Numbered from the stretch's first letter, positions 10,171 to 20,008 are shown. The stretch is 64,000 nt of DNA from Coraliomargarita sp. (GCA_965216325.1 OZ244160.1:3000511-3064510), one strand, 5' to 3'. Notes: generated from the letters alone by a model not told the origin. Numbers and translations are program-made.

Positions 10171-10977
10171 TTAAGTGTTCAGGTCGGGCAGCTGCTTGGC
10201 CGGAGCCTTGATGATTTTGAGGAAGACAAAGAAGGCGATCAGTAGGCTACCAAACAGCAGAAAGGGGAAGGGCAGCTTAGCGGTCACTGCAAGGAGTAGT
10301 CCGAGCACCAGAATGCCAAGTGATATGGATAGGCCTTTGACGAGCCGGATCTCCAGCTCTTCCTTGACGGCTCCGGGGAATTGGCGGATGAAACGATCGT
10401 TGCGCGCATAGGCCGGGCGAGGGTAACGCATCGGCGGTTCCTCCCAAGCTTGCAAGTCACTGTTGAAGCGCAGTGCGCCAAGTCCCTTCAGTTCGTTGAG
10501 GCGCAGCTCGACCTTTTTGAACGATAGGCGTGAGTGGCCGGCGATATCGCTGGCACTGGTCGGGGCATTTAGATTTTGCGAAAGATAGGCGAGTTCGTGT
10601 TGCCAGACCGCATCCGCTGGCCAGATGTCATTTTGAGCCAGTAGCGAAAGTTCCGCTTCGATCTTTTGGCGGATGTCCGGAGCCAGCACACTGTATTCGT
10701 AATCGTCAAGCGGCTCGTTGGAGTAGACGCAGTTGCGGGGGGCAAACTTGTGTGGGCTCTTGTTCAGTGACTCCTTGAAGAGGTAGCTGGTCAGTCCGTC
10801 CTGCGTGTGCTTTTCCACCCGCTGCGACTCGGCCAGTCCATCGAGCACCTGTTCGGCGAGGGACAGGCTAATCGGCAGATAGGGCAGTAGCTGAATCGAG
10901 TGCACGACTCCTCCTTGCGAAGCAGATAGCTGCTCAGCGAGGTTTTCGGTGACGATCGGCCAAATGGGATGACTCAT
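10171..10977 (-). CDS. Hypothetical membrane protein with wHTH-like segments and two C-terminal TM helices
   Basis: 268-aa ORF 9 bp upstream of the SPFH gene; SASDIAGHSRLSFKKVELRLNELKGLG is HTH-like; hydrophobic C-terminal hairpin. Confidence 0.7.
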   Translation of the reverse strand: MSHPIWPIVTENLAEQLSASQGGVVHSIQLLPYLPISLSLAEQVLDGLAESQRVEKHTQDGLTSYLFKESLNKSPHKFAPRNCVYSNEPLDDYEYSVLAPDIRQKIEAELSLLAQNDIWPADAVWQHELAYLSQNLNAPTSASDIAGHSRLSFKKVELRLNELKGLGALRFNSDLQAWEEPPMRYPRPAYARNDRFIRQFPGAVKEELEIRLVKGLSISLGILVLGLLLAVTAKLPFPFLLFGSLLIAFFVFLKIIKAPAKQLPDLNT

Positions 10978-11233
10978 TGCTAACCCGTTTTAGAACTTTG
11001 GATTCCGCTGTCACCTGAAATCGGTTTCGACGGAGTCGATTTTGGCCAATCTGAAAGTTAGAACGAGGTAGTTTTGAACCGCAGAGGTCGTGGAGGCCGT
11101 AGAGTGTGTTTGAATGGATCTTATCCTCTGCGCCCCAGCAGAGTGGGGCGGCCACACTTTAAAGCTCTCCTCCTTGGTTAAGGAGGAGTCCCCGAGCTTG
11201 CGAAGGGGGAGGTGGTTTGTTCTAGGCCTAGCA

Positions 11234-11289
11234 ATACCCCTCCGTCGGCGACAAGCGCAGACACCTCCCCTTGGCAGGGGAGGAGCTTT
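11234..11289 (+). repeat. About 55-bp palindromic repeat (ATACCCCTCC...GGGGAGGAGCTT family), copy 1
   Basis: Related copies at 18488-18540 (+) and 38128-38180 (-). Confidence 0.75.
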
Positions 11290-11551
11290 CTTTGTCTATT
11301 AGTGTAGGGCTGGTGAGTGTGAAATGCCCTCTGGGTGCTCGATACCGTCATCCGGAGTGAGGCTAGAACGGCGTAGTAGAAACCGCAGAGATCGCGGAGA
11401 GCGGAGAGAGTGTGCTGGAATTCAATCTTTGCGCCCTCTGCGTTCTCTAGCGAAGCGGGCGGTTAGCATATTCGTATGAGAAGTAACCCATCCTGAAAGC
11501 ACCGCATGCAGGCTGGACTTCGAACAGATGCCGACCAAGTTTCTGGCTTGG

Positions 11552-12580
11552 ATGGATCACAGCCCGCAACAGATCAAAGAACGGATGGAGGCCGTGGCGC
11601 TTGCGCTCGGGTTTCATTCCTTTGGTGTGGCCAAGGTTCCGATGACGTTACGCGGTGATTACTATGAGCGTTGGATCGCCGATGGCCAGAACGGCACCAT
11701 GGGTTGGATGGCCAACAATAACGATCGTCGGCTTCATCCGGAAAACCTGTTGCCCGAAGCTCGTAGCATTCTGGTCTTTGGCATGAATTACTATCAGCCG
11801 GATCCCGAGCGGCGCTATCGTATCGCTAAATACGCGCTCGGAGATGATTACCACAATATGATGCTGAAGCGGCTGAAGAAACTCTGCCGCATTTTGCGTG
11901 ATGACTACGGCGCCGCTCAGCGCCCGTATGTGGATACTGGACCTCTGCTAGAAAAATCGATTGCGGCGGCTGCAGGAGTCGGATGGCAGGGGAAGAGCAC
12001 GATTTTGATCGAGCCCAAACGTGGCACTTGGTCCTTTCTCGGGAATATTGTGACGACGCTCGATTTGCCAGCGGGGGCAACAGTCAAAGACCGCTGCGGA
12101 AGCTGCAGCCGCTGTATTGATGTGTGCCCGACGAAAGCGATCACAGCACCGTATCAACTGGATGCTCGCCGCTGTATTTCCTATCTGACCATTGAGCACG
12201 ATGGCACAATTCCAATGGAATTCCGCGAGGCGATCGGCGACCGTCTCTATGGGTGCGATGAATGCCTGGATGTTTGCCCATGGAACAAATGGGCCACACC
12301 GACCGAGGAGGCAAAATTTGCGCCGCGTGAAATCGAAGATCTTCGAGAACTGCTCGAGTGGGGTGAGGAAACTTTTAAAGCACGTATGCAGGGCTCGCCA
12401 ATGCGTCGCCTCAAGCTACACCGTTTCCGTCGAAACATTTGTGTGGTGCTCGGCAACATCGGCACGGCAGAGGATGTGCCGGCCTTGCAGCAAGTCGTCA
12501 GTGGTGACGATGCCATGGTCGCCGAACATGCACAGTGGGCGATCGAGCAGATTACGCAGAGAGAAGCGGGGAACCGTTAA
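11552..12580 (+). CDS. queG: tRNA epoxyqueuosine(34) reductase
   Basis: YALGDDYH, YVDTGPLLEK, CGSCSRCIDVCPT, CISYLTIE, GCDECLDVCPWN. Confidence 0.95.
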   Translation: MDHSPQQIKERMEAVALALGFHSFGVAKVPMTLRGDYYERWIADGQNGTMGWMANNNDRRLHPENLLPEARSILVFGMNYYQPDPERRYRIAKYALGDDYHNMMLKRLKKLCRILRDDYGAAQRPYVDTGPLLEKSIAAAAGVGWQGKSTILIEPKRGTWSFLGNIVTTLDLPAGATVKDRCGSCSRCIDVCPTKAITAPYQLDARRCISYLTIEHDGTIPMEFREAIGDRLYGCDECLDVCPWNKWATPTEEAKFAPREIEDLRELLEWGEETFKARMQGSPMRRLKLHRFRRNICVVLGNIGTAEDVPALQQVVSGDDAMVAEHAQWAIEQITQREAGNR

Positions 12581-12692
12581 TTAACGTCAATTTACATGAA
12601 TGTGGTAGCGCTGGTGCGTCTCGCACCGCATCAGCTACTCCCAAAACTCAGCCCGTTTGTGGTGAGCTTGTCGAACCCATCGGGCCCTCTAG

Positions 12693-14271
12693 CCCGTATA
12701 TTGCATGAATGGGTTTGTCTTGGTCAGGTTGATCTTTTTTCGCTCAGTTGGTGTAAAGGGACTACCGAATGGCAGGTAAAAAGCGTTAGCTTTTATCTGT
12801 AAGCATAGCTTAGCTCTATCCCTGCGTATATTTGGCTTCCTCTGGAGTTGAGCCGCAGGGTGAAGCGCGAAGGTGGATTTTAAGTGGGATGTAGTTTGGC
12901 CGCACATGCGGCAAAGGCCTGTTGATCGGGACATGCGACGCTGAGCCGGAACAGCCAGCGGCTGCGTTTTCGTTCAATCAGGCAAGCGATCTTCACGAGT
13001 TTGATCCGTATGCTGTGCACGGTGGCGCGTTCCAATTTGGTGCCTGCCAATCCGATACGGCGAATCGTGTCCATGAGCACGTAAGCGAGTGAAGACAGGA
13101 GCACCCGCCACTGGTTCGCCCACCAGTTTGAAGCACTGGTGCGGTCACTGAAGAGCATCATTTGTTCTTTGATTTTATTCTCCATTTCGCCCCGCTCGCA
13201 GTAGTGCGCGTATACCTGCTCGGGCGCTTCGCTCACATTGGTAATCACAAAGCGAGGGTTCGCACCGAGCTTGGTGTGTTCGGCCTTATGGATGATCCGG
13301 CGACTGCGTTTCCATTTACCGGCCGCGTAAGTAAACTGCCCAAAGCGCTTTTGCTTTTCATCGGTCTGCTCAAAGTCTTCGGCAACTTGCTGTTGTAACT
13401 TGGCTCCAGCTCGCTGCAGACGTGGATTACGTGCGATCCCGACGACATAATCGACTTGGTTACGTTCACACCAACCCAATACTCGGTGGCGACAAAAACC
13501 ACTGTCGGCGCGAAAGACGATCTTCACCTGCGGCCACCGCTGACGGATATAAGTAGTCAGCAACTTGAGAATCGCACCGGCATGCTTGGCCGCATCGATA
13601 TTGCTCGGGCGCAGGTAAGCGACGAGCAACTGCGAACCGCAAAACACATAAAGTGGCAAGAAGCAGTAGTTACCATAGTAGCCGTGAAAGAAGCGTCCCT
13701 CTTGCATGCCATGGACCGGATCATCAGTCGCATCAAAATCCAACACGATCCGCTCCGGATCCTGCCCGAATGAATCGAGGAACTGATCGACGAACAACTT
13801 GTTCAAAGCTACCGCACCACTGCGATCCTGCGCGTTCTCAAAGCGACACAAAGTCGATCCGCTGCCAAGGCTCTTGTCGCCCCCGGCAAGCATCTGCCAC
13901 AGTGGATCATCCCTTAACTCGTCAAAATCGTTCAAGTCCTCATAGCCACTGGCCAAGCCATAGACGCGCTGACGTAGCAATTGCTCAGCGCTGTGCTTAA
14001 CCTTTCCCGGCTGGCGATCATCGACCAAACGCTTCGATGCAGCCTTGGTCAGACCTAAGCGACGATCCGCTTCACGTAACAACAGTAAGCCCCCATCACT
14101 ACTCAATCTGCCTGCGTCAAAACGAGCACTCACGCGCTTACTTTTATGACTTGTGAAACGATACGTGCTCTGTTGTTTTTCTGACATCGAAGGGTTTTGG
14201 GTTCTTTTTCGCAACTAACTGCATAGCAGTTGCTTGAAACCCTTCGATACTTTATTCGCGCAATATGCGGG
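12693..14271 (-). mobile_element. IS1380-family insertion sequence, complete (about 1579 bp)
   Basis: TIRs CCCGTATATTGCATGAAT and ATTCGCGCAATATGCGGG; CTAG repeated at 12689-12692 and 14272-14275. Confidence 0.92.
12880..14187 (-). CDS. IS1380-family transposase
   Basis: FDAGRLSSDGGLLLL, LDFDATDDPVHGMQEG, FRADSGF, YCERGEMENKIKE. Confidence 0.95.
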   Translation of the reverse strand: MSEKQQSTYRFTSHKSKRVSARFDAGRLSSDGGLLLLREADRRLGLTKAASKRLVDDRQPGKVKHSAEQLLRQRVYGLASGYEDLNDFDELRDDPLWQMLAGGDKSLGSGSTLCRFENAQDRSGAVALNKLFVDQFLDSFGQDPERIVLDFDATDDPVHGMQEGRFFHGYYGNYCFLPLYVFCGSQLLVAYLRPSNIDAAKHAGAILKLLTTYIRQRWPQVKIVFRADSGFCRHRVLGWCERNQVDYVVGIARNPRLQRAGAKLQQQVAEDFEQTDEKQKRFGQFTYAAGKWKRSRRIIHKAEHTKLGANPRFVITNVSEAPEQVYAHYCERGEMENKIKEQMMLFSDRTSASNWWANQWRVLLSSLAYVLMDTIRRIGLAGTKLERATVHSIRIKLVKIACLIERKRSRWLFRLSVACPDQQAFAACAAKLHPT

Positions 14272-14383
14272 CTAGCGTAGCGGTTGTCGCAAAAGGACGT
14301 CGGGTCCGAAAGCAGTTCAGCTGTAGATTTTCTACAACCGCTCCGCTAGAGGAGGGGAGGAATGGAAGACGTCTATCTCTGCG

Positions 14384-14689
14384 CTAGGTCGCGATTGGCT
14401 TAATCCGGCTCTTGAGTTTATCGAGCTTATCCAAGGATGCGATCTGCAAGTCGTAAGCGACTTGTAAGTTTAATCAGAATTCGGGGCGATTGTTGAAACA
14501 CAGTCCGAGGGCTAAGGCGCTTTCGGCGTTAATGGCGCGCTTGCCCTTGATGATCTCATTGATCGTGGAGCGGGGCAGCCCTGTGCGGCGCGACAGTTCG
14601 GCTTGGCTGAGTTCATATTCATCCAGAAACTCAACCTGTAGGAAGCGGCCGGGTGTTGCGTTGCGGAGTGCTTGTTCTTCGGGAGTCAT
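14384..14689 (-). pseudogene. higA: HigA-family antitoxin with an in-frame TGA at the conserved Trp
   Basis: TPGRFLQVEFL..LSQAELSRRTG..INEIIKGKRAINAESALAL..PEF*LNLQVAYDL; TGA at 14474-14476, frame continues to TAG at 14384. Confidence 0.82.
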
Positions 14690-14705
14690 GGCTTGGTTCC
14701 TACAT

Positions 14706-14725
14706 CGCATGGGCGGAGGGATTCG
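14706..14725 (-). repeat. 20-bp duplication of the tRNA-Arg 3' end (att-like)
   Basis: cgcatgggcggagggattcg identical at 14706-14725 and 14815-14834. Confidence 0.85.
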
Positions 14726-14816
14726 TTCCGAGGCCTAATGGCCGACATGACCGGGCACTGAGCAAAGCGAAGTGAACCGGACCACCGCAGCTGAGGATCA
14801 CGTAGCCCAGGCAACG

Positions 14817-14892
<76 letters not shown>

Positions 14893-15040
14893 TGCGAAAG
14901 AGCTAGGAAAGAAGGCATTTTTAGCCGACTAGCAATTGTATTTTCTGCAATATACCACGGTTTGTAACCCGTTTTTGTAACCCGAAATGTTTGGGCTGCT
15001 CGCTTGACCTGAATCGCTAGCCCTTACTTGCTGTCTGGTT

Positions 15041-18000
15041 ATGTCGGATGAAATGGGTCAACTCGAGGGATTGAAAGGCTTTGAACAGCTGGATCTCGGT
15101 GAACTCTATTTTCTCGGTGGACGCAAAAGTGTGGAGCGTGGTTTGGCCTACTTCCGTCAGTTTGCGGTGGAGTCGCTTGAATGGGATGCGCGCTCGAAGC
15201 GTATCACTGCCATGGTCAGTGGCAGTCAGCGCGCTCCGTATGAGGTGACGCTTTGCGTGCGCGATGGGCGCTTGGAGCATGAATGCGATTGCCCGGCTTG
15301 GGGCACGTATGACGGTAGCTGCAAGCATGTGATCGCGGCGACGGCGGCGGTGTTTATGGCGACTCAGGGCAAGTTTGCGGGTGGTGTGGAACTGCCGGAG
15401 GACTATGTGCAAGAGCTACGGCAGGGCTTGGGCTATGCGAAAGAGGCGACGACTGAAGCCAAGCCGCTGGAGAAAGCTGTGCGCCCGAAGACGACCTTGT
15501 TACTGGCGGAGCTGAATCGCTACTGTAGCTTGCAGTTTCGCGTCAAGGGGCCGGTTCCGCAGAAATTTCTTCGTTCGGTTGGAATTACGCTGGCAAATGA
15601 TTTTGGATATTATGGCTCGCGTGAGTTTTGGCTGGGGGATCCGGGGCGGAGCCTGCAGTCTTTCATTCATAAAGCGCAGGCTCAGGGTGTTGAGCTGCAG
15701 GTGAAGGTGCATGGGCAGTCACGGCCATTGACTTGGGGGCCAGAGGATTGTCGTTTGCGGATCGAATACGACTTTGTGCGAGGCGAAGTGCTGCGACGGG
15801 TGCGTGTTAACGCTGCAGAGGGGGAGACGCTGGTTCCGTATGCATTGATTGAGTCTAGTCAGTATGTATTGTTGGAAAGTGGCGAGGTGTGTCAGATCGC
15901 TTCTGCGGATGGGCTGGCTTTGGCGGGTGATCGTGGGCCATTATATCAAGCATATGAGCCGGATGCGTTCAATGGGGTGGGCTATCGGGTGCGCTATCGT
16001 AAGGATCCGCCGGACTTATTGATCGATGGCAAGCGCTCGGATGCCCTGGAGTTGCATCCGGAGGCGGTACGTTGTTCCTTGGATTTGGGCATTTGGAAGA
16101 ATGCTGCGCGGGAGCCGGAAGAGTTGGAGTTTACCGGCGCGATTGAGTTGGATGGCTGCAAGCTGGTGCTGGAGGAATTAACCGAGCGTTGTCTTGCGCC
16201 TTTGGTGACCGCTTATGCGGGTGGTTTGTTTTCGGCAAAGCGCCGGGTGCGGGCTTTGCTGGAATTGATCCGCTGTCTGCTGGCGGATGGCGTGACACGG
16301 GCGAAGCTCGATTTGTCCGACTATCGTGTGGATTTTCCGGAGCTCACCAGTAATGAGTATCGTGGGGTGGTGCATGCGATGCTGGCGAATCTGCTGAGCT
16401 TTTTGGAGTCCTTTCCGGAGGAGCGCTATGGCATAGCCTTGAATGCAGAGGAGCGGCGTTGGTGTGCGTATCCGCTGGATGTGCGGCAGTTTGCGATGCT
16501 GCTGTTCAGTATGGCCGATCTGACTAGCCGGAAGGATTTGTTGGCCTTTGCTAAAGGGAAAATTCCGATTGTGCGTGGCACGAGCGGGATCGATCAAGTG
16601 AAGCGTGTGGTGTCTGCTGCGCGTGTGTTGGGTGTCGAGGTGCGCTTTGATGAAAAGCCGATTCATTCCGAGCAGCTGACGATTTCAGTGGACACTCAAA
16701 CCTCCGGAACGGATATCGACTGGTTTGCCCTCCATCCGTCGATTCGTTGTGGTGAGCAGACGATTGAGGCGAATGAATGGCAGCAACTGGTGCGCGGGCA
16801 ATTGATGCTGACCGCTAAGGATGGGAGTTTGATTTTGCCGGACGTGCCGGAGGAGGGCGAAGCTGGCCTACAAGTGCTGGCGTCGATGCTGCGTCAGAGT
16901 TCGGGTTCGAGTGCTCGTTCGAACTTGAAGGTGCAGGCGGAGTTGCAGGTTTCGCGTTTGGAGATGTTGGACTGGTTGATGCTGCGGAAGCATGGCGTGA
17001 CTTTGCGCTTGCCGCCCGAAGCGGAGGAGTTGTTTGAGAGCTTGGCCAGTTTTGATCAGCTCGATGCCTTCGAACCGCCCAAGAGTCTGCAGGCAGACTT
17101 ACGGCCGTATCAATTGGAAGGCAGCGCGTGGATCGAGTTTCTGTATCAGCATCGCTTTGGTGCTTGTCTCGCGGATGACATGGGACTCGGTAAAACCGTG
17201 CAAGCGATTGCCTTTATTGCGAAGCGTTTGGAGGAAAGCCCCGCAGTGAAGCAAGCGCCTGTGTTGATTGTGGTGCCGCCGAGTCTGGTGTTCAACTGGC
17301 TGGATGAATTTGCGCGCTTTGCGCCGAGTTTGAAGGTGGTGGACTGCTTGAAGCAGGCGGATTGGGCGCCGGCAATCAAGGACGCTCAGGTTGTGTTGAC
17401 GACCTATGACCGGGTGCGGGTGGATCAAGGCACTTTGTCTGAGTATACTTTTGATATCGTGGTGTTCGACGAGGCGCACAATTTAAAGAGTGTCACGGCT
17501 GCGCGCACCAAAGCTGCGACGAAGTTGCAGCGGCGCTTTACGCTGTGCCTCACGGGCACTCCGGTGGAAAACAATGCCTCGGAATTCTATTCGGTGCTCT
17601 CGGCCTCGGTGCCCGGAATCTTTGGCACACTGCAAAGTTTTAAGGATGCGTTTCGGCAGACCCCGGATCGTATTCTGGGGCGCTCGAAACCCTTTATTCT
17701 ACGCCGCACCAAGCAGGCGATTCTCACCGAGCTGCCGAAGAAAGAGGAGCACGAGTTGTTTCTTGAGATGTCTTCGATCCAGAAAGAGATCTACACGCGC
17801 ACGGTGGCTGAGGTTCGTGAAGAGGTGGCGGAGGCCTATGCGGATCGTCCGGATCAGCAGGCAGGGATTGTTGCCTTGGCGGCGATTCTGCGCCTACGAC
17901 AGGTTTGTGTGAGCCCGGAGCTCATGGGCAAACGTTTGGCGGAGCCGGCACCGAAGTTTCAGTATATGGCTGATAAGCTTGAGGAGCTCGAAGCAGAGGG

Positions 18001-18469
18001 GCACTCGGCACTGGTCTTTAGCCAGTTTATTGGTGGATTGGACCAGATGGAGCTGATCGCGCAGACTCGCGGCATTAAGTATCTGCGTATGGACGGCAAG
18101 ACACCGGTCGCGGAGCGTAAGGAAATCGTGCGTGCGTTTCAGTCAGGCAAAGGCCCATCGTTTTTCTTTATCAGCCTGAAGACTGGCGGGGTGGGATTGA
18201 ACTTAACGCGGGCGAATTATGTGTTCCACTTGGACCCGTGGTGGAATCCGGCGGTGGAAAATCAAGCCAGCGACCGAGCGCATCGTATCGGGCAAACGCG
18301 CTCGGTCTTTGTGCAACGCTTGATCATGCAGCACAGCATTGAAGCGCGTATGCTGGAGTTGAAAGCGCGCAAGGCGGAGCTGTTTCGTCAGTTAGTCGAG
18401 CAGCCGGGCGAACATCGTGCGTCTGCTGGGCTGAGTCGTGAGGACTTTGACTATCTGCTTAACGGGTAG
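15041..18469 (+). CDS. SWIM zinc finger / SNF2-family helicase-like ATPase
   Basis: CDCP..SCKH SWIM; LRPYQ, LADDMGLGKT, DEAH, LTGTPVEN, GLNLTRA, DPWWNPAVENQASDRAHRIGQ. Confidence 0.93.
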   Translation: MSDEMGQLEGLKGFEQLDLGELYFLGGRKSVERGLAYFRQFAVESLEWDARSKRITAMVSGSQRAPYEVTLCVRDGRLEHECDCPAWGTYDGSCKHVIAATAAVFMATQGKFAGGVELPEDYVQELRQGLGYAKEATTEAKPLEKAVRPKTTLLLAELNRYCSLQFRVKGPVPQKFLRSVGITLANDFGYYGSREFWLGDPGRSLQSFIHKAQAQGVELQVKVHGQSRPLTWGPEDCRLRIEYDFVRGEVLRRVRVNAAEGETLVPYALIESSQYVLLESGEVCQIASADGLALAGDRGPLYQAYEPDAFNGVGYRVRYRKDPPDLLIDGKRSDALELHPEAVRCSLDLGIWKNAAREPEELEFTGAIELDGCKLVLEELTERCLAPLVTAYAGGLFSAKRRVRALLELIRCLLADGVTRAKLDLSDYRVDFPELTSNEYRGVVHAMLANLLSFLESFPEERYGIALNAEERRWCAYPLDVRQFAMLLFSMADLTSRKDLLAFAKGKIPIVRGTSGIDQVKRVVSAARVLGVEVRFDEKPIHSEQLTISVDTQTSGTDIDWFALHPSIRCGEQTIEANEWQQLVRGQLMLTAKDGSLILPDVPEEGEAGLQVLASMLRQSSGSSARSNLKVQAELQVSRLEMLDWLMLRKHGVTLRLPPEAEELFESLASFDQLDAFEPPKSLQADLRPYQLEGSAWIEFLYQHRFGACLADDMGLGKTVQAIAFIAKRLEESPAVKQAPVLIVVPPSLVFNWLDEFARFAPSLKVVDCLKQADWAPAIKDAQVVLTTYDRVRVDQGTLSEYTFDIVVFDEAHNLKSVTAARTKAATKLQRRFTLCLTGTPVENNASEFYSVLSASVPGIFGTLQSFKDAFRQTPDRILGRSKPFILRRTKQAILTELPKKEEHELFLEMSSIQKEIYTRTVAEVREEVAEAYADRPDQQAGIVALAAILRLRQVCVSPELMGKRLAEPAPKFQYMADKLEELEAEGHSALVFSQFIGGLDQMELIAQTRGIKYLRMDGKTPVAERKEIVRAFQSGKGPSFFFISLKTGGVGLNLTRANYVFHLDPWWNPAVENQASDRAHRIGQTRSVFVQRLIMQHSIEARMLELKARKAELFRQLVEQPGEHRASAGLSREDFDYLLNG

Positions 18470-18487
18470 GTTGGAAGTGGTTTTGAG

Positions 18488-18540
18488 ATACCCCTCCCAT
18501 CTGACAAGCAGATGACCTCCCCTTGGCAGGGGAGGAGCTT
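18488..18540 (+). repeat. About 55-bp palindromic repeat, copy 2
   Basis: atacccctcccatctgacaagcagatgacctccccttggcaggggaggagctt. Confidence 0.75.
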
Positions 18541-18546
18541 TCTAGG

Positions 18547-18709
18547 GTAGCGCAGCACCGTCCTTCTCCGGCATGAGCCTGTCGAATGCGGTGCGCAACA
18601 CGAGATATAGACTTATAGTCTGGCTTAGATGCGGTGCGAGACGGACCTGCGCTACCCTTTGAGTCATGCCCCTTGCTAGCTGTTGGCGCTTTGCAAGCAA
18701 AGGCCCTAC
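18547..18709. repeat. GTAGCGC REP doublet (18547-18655, with nested insert) plus GTAGGG REP (18685-18709)
   Basis: gtagcgcagcaccgtcct[insert]cggtgcgc ... gcggtgcgagacggacctgcgctac; ggcgctttgcaagcaaaggccctac. Confidence 0.8.
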
Positions 18710-18721
18710 GGTAATCGTAGC

Positions 18722-19027
18722 TTAGCCGTCGAGTTTGATGACGAGGCTTCTCAGGTAGTCCCAGCTATAGAGGCCGCTGTTGTGGCCGTCGCTGAAGGTG
18801 GGACGCAGGGCGTAATTACCGACGATGTCCCAGCTCTTGATGGTGACGCCGGGGAACTCTTTGGGGCCGTTGCCGCCGTATTGGTTACCGAATATGTCTT
18901 TCTCGCCGATGTTCTGTGCGCTGGGTGAGTGCTTGCGCAGGAACTCGGATTCGAAATAGCTCTCGCTGCCGTCATCCCAGAGGATGCAGAGCTCGTTACC
19001 GATCAGCTGAATGTTTTTCGGTTTCAC
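18722..19027 (-). CDS. DUF971 / GBBH-like N-terminal domain protein
   Basis: LCILWDDG, FLRKHSPSA, VGNYALRPTFSDGHNSGLYSWDYL. Confidence 0.88.
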   Translation of the reverse strand: MKPKNIQLIGNELCILWDDGSESYFESEFLRKHSPSAQNIGEKDIFGNQYGGNGPKEFPGVTIKSWDIVGNYALRPTFSDGHNSGLYSWDYLRSLVIKLDG

Positions 19028-19111
19028 CTCAAATGGTTGTTAGTTGCTAGTTGGTTGTTGTCTGTTTGGTAAGTGACTGCCTCGAGAAACTTTCAACAAA
19101 CGCCGTTCAGC

Positions 19112-20002
19112 TCATTTATAAAAACCGACTGCTTTGAGTTGGTCCATCAGAGCGATGGTTGGTGCAGCGCGGTTCAGAATGTAAAGGTGGATGCCCGGTG
19201 CGCCTTTTTCAAGTAGCTCGCGCGCCTGTTTGGCTGCCCAGTCGATGCCGATTTGTTCGACGGCTGCCTTGTCGTCGCCAGCAGCGACCAGTTGTTGCTC
19301 GAGCTCTTCGGGTAGGCCCGCCTCACACATTTGGCAGAAGCGTTTGGCCTGATCGTAGGAGGTCACTGAAAGAAGGCCTGGGATGACCGGCACTTTGATA
19401 CCTGCACGTTCACAGTCGGCAACGAAGTCGAAATACACTTGGTTGTCGAAGAAGAGCTGGGTGGTGATGAAGGTCGCGCCCGCATCGACTTTGCGTTTCA
19501 AGTTCAGCAGGTCGATGGCTGTGGAAGGGGCTTCCGGATGCTTCTCCGGGTAGCCGGCGACACCGATTGCGCATTCCGGATACACTTCACGGATGAGGTG
19601 CACCAGTTCGTTGGCGTAGCTGAGGCCGTCCGGGTGTGGCTTGAAATTGGTTTCGCCTTTAGGTGGATCGCCACGCAGTGCCATGATCTGTGGCAGACCA
19701 GCGTCTTTGATCTCGTTAATGATCTGAATGAGCTCGTCGCGGGAGTGGCCGACACAGGTAAGGTGCGGCATGACCGCGTAACCGTAGTCTTCGTGCAGGG
19801 CGCGGGCATATTTCAGCGTGCGGCTGCGGGTGCTGCCACCGGCTCCATAGGTGATGGAGGCGAAATCAGGTTCGAATTCGCGCAGGCGCTCTGCCGTGCG
19901 GAGCAGTTGGTTGGCCGAGTCGTCGGACTTGGGCGGGAAAAACTCGACCGAAAAGAGCGGATCGTTGGATTCGAGTCGTTGCTGGAGGGAAAGTTCTGGC
20001 AT
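19112..20002 (-). CDS. metF: 5,10-methylenetetrahydrofolate reductase
   Basis: SVEFFPPK, ITYGAGGS, HLTCV, ALRGDPP, AGYPEKHP, ITTQLFFDN. Confidence 0.96.
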   Translation of the reverse strand: MPELSLQQRLESNDPLFSVEFFPPKSDDSANQLLRTAERLREFEPDFASITYGAGGSTRSRTLKYARALHEDYGYAVMPHLTCVGHSRDELIQIINEIKDAGLPQIMALRGDPPKGETNFKPHPDGLSYANELVHLIREVYPECAIGVAGYPEKHPEAPSTAIDLLNLKRKVDAGATFITTQLFFDNQVYFDFVADCERAGIKVPVIPGLLSVTSYDQAKRFCQMCEAGLPEELEQQLVAAGDDKAAVEQIGIDWAAKQARELLEKGAPGIHLYILNRAAPTIALMDQLKAVGFYK

Positions 20003-20008
20003 AAACGA

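Noticed and set aside
14474..14476. Alternative genetic code (TGA=Trp) suggested by higA
   Set aside because: Other genes use TGG for Trp and several end at TGA at expected lengths, so this is a local mutation
15041..18469. SNF2 gene as part of a defence island
   Set aside because: Stand-alone SWIM-SNF2 with no methylase, nuclease or other defence genes adjacent
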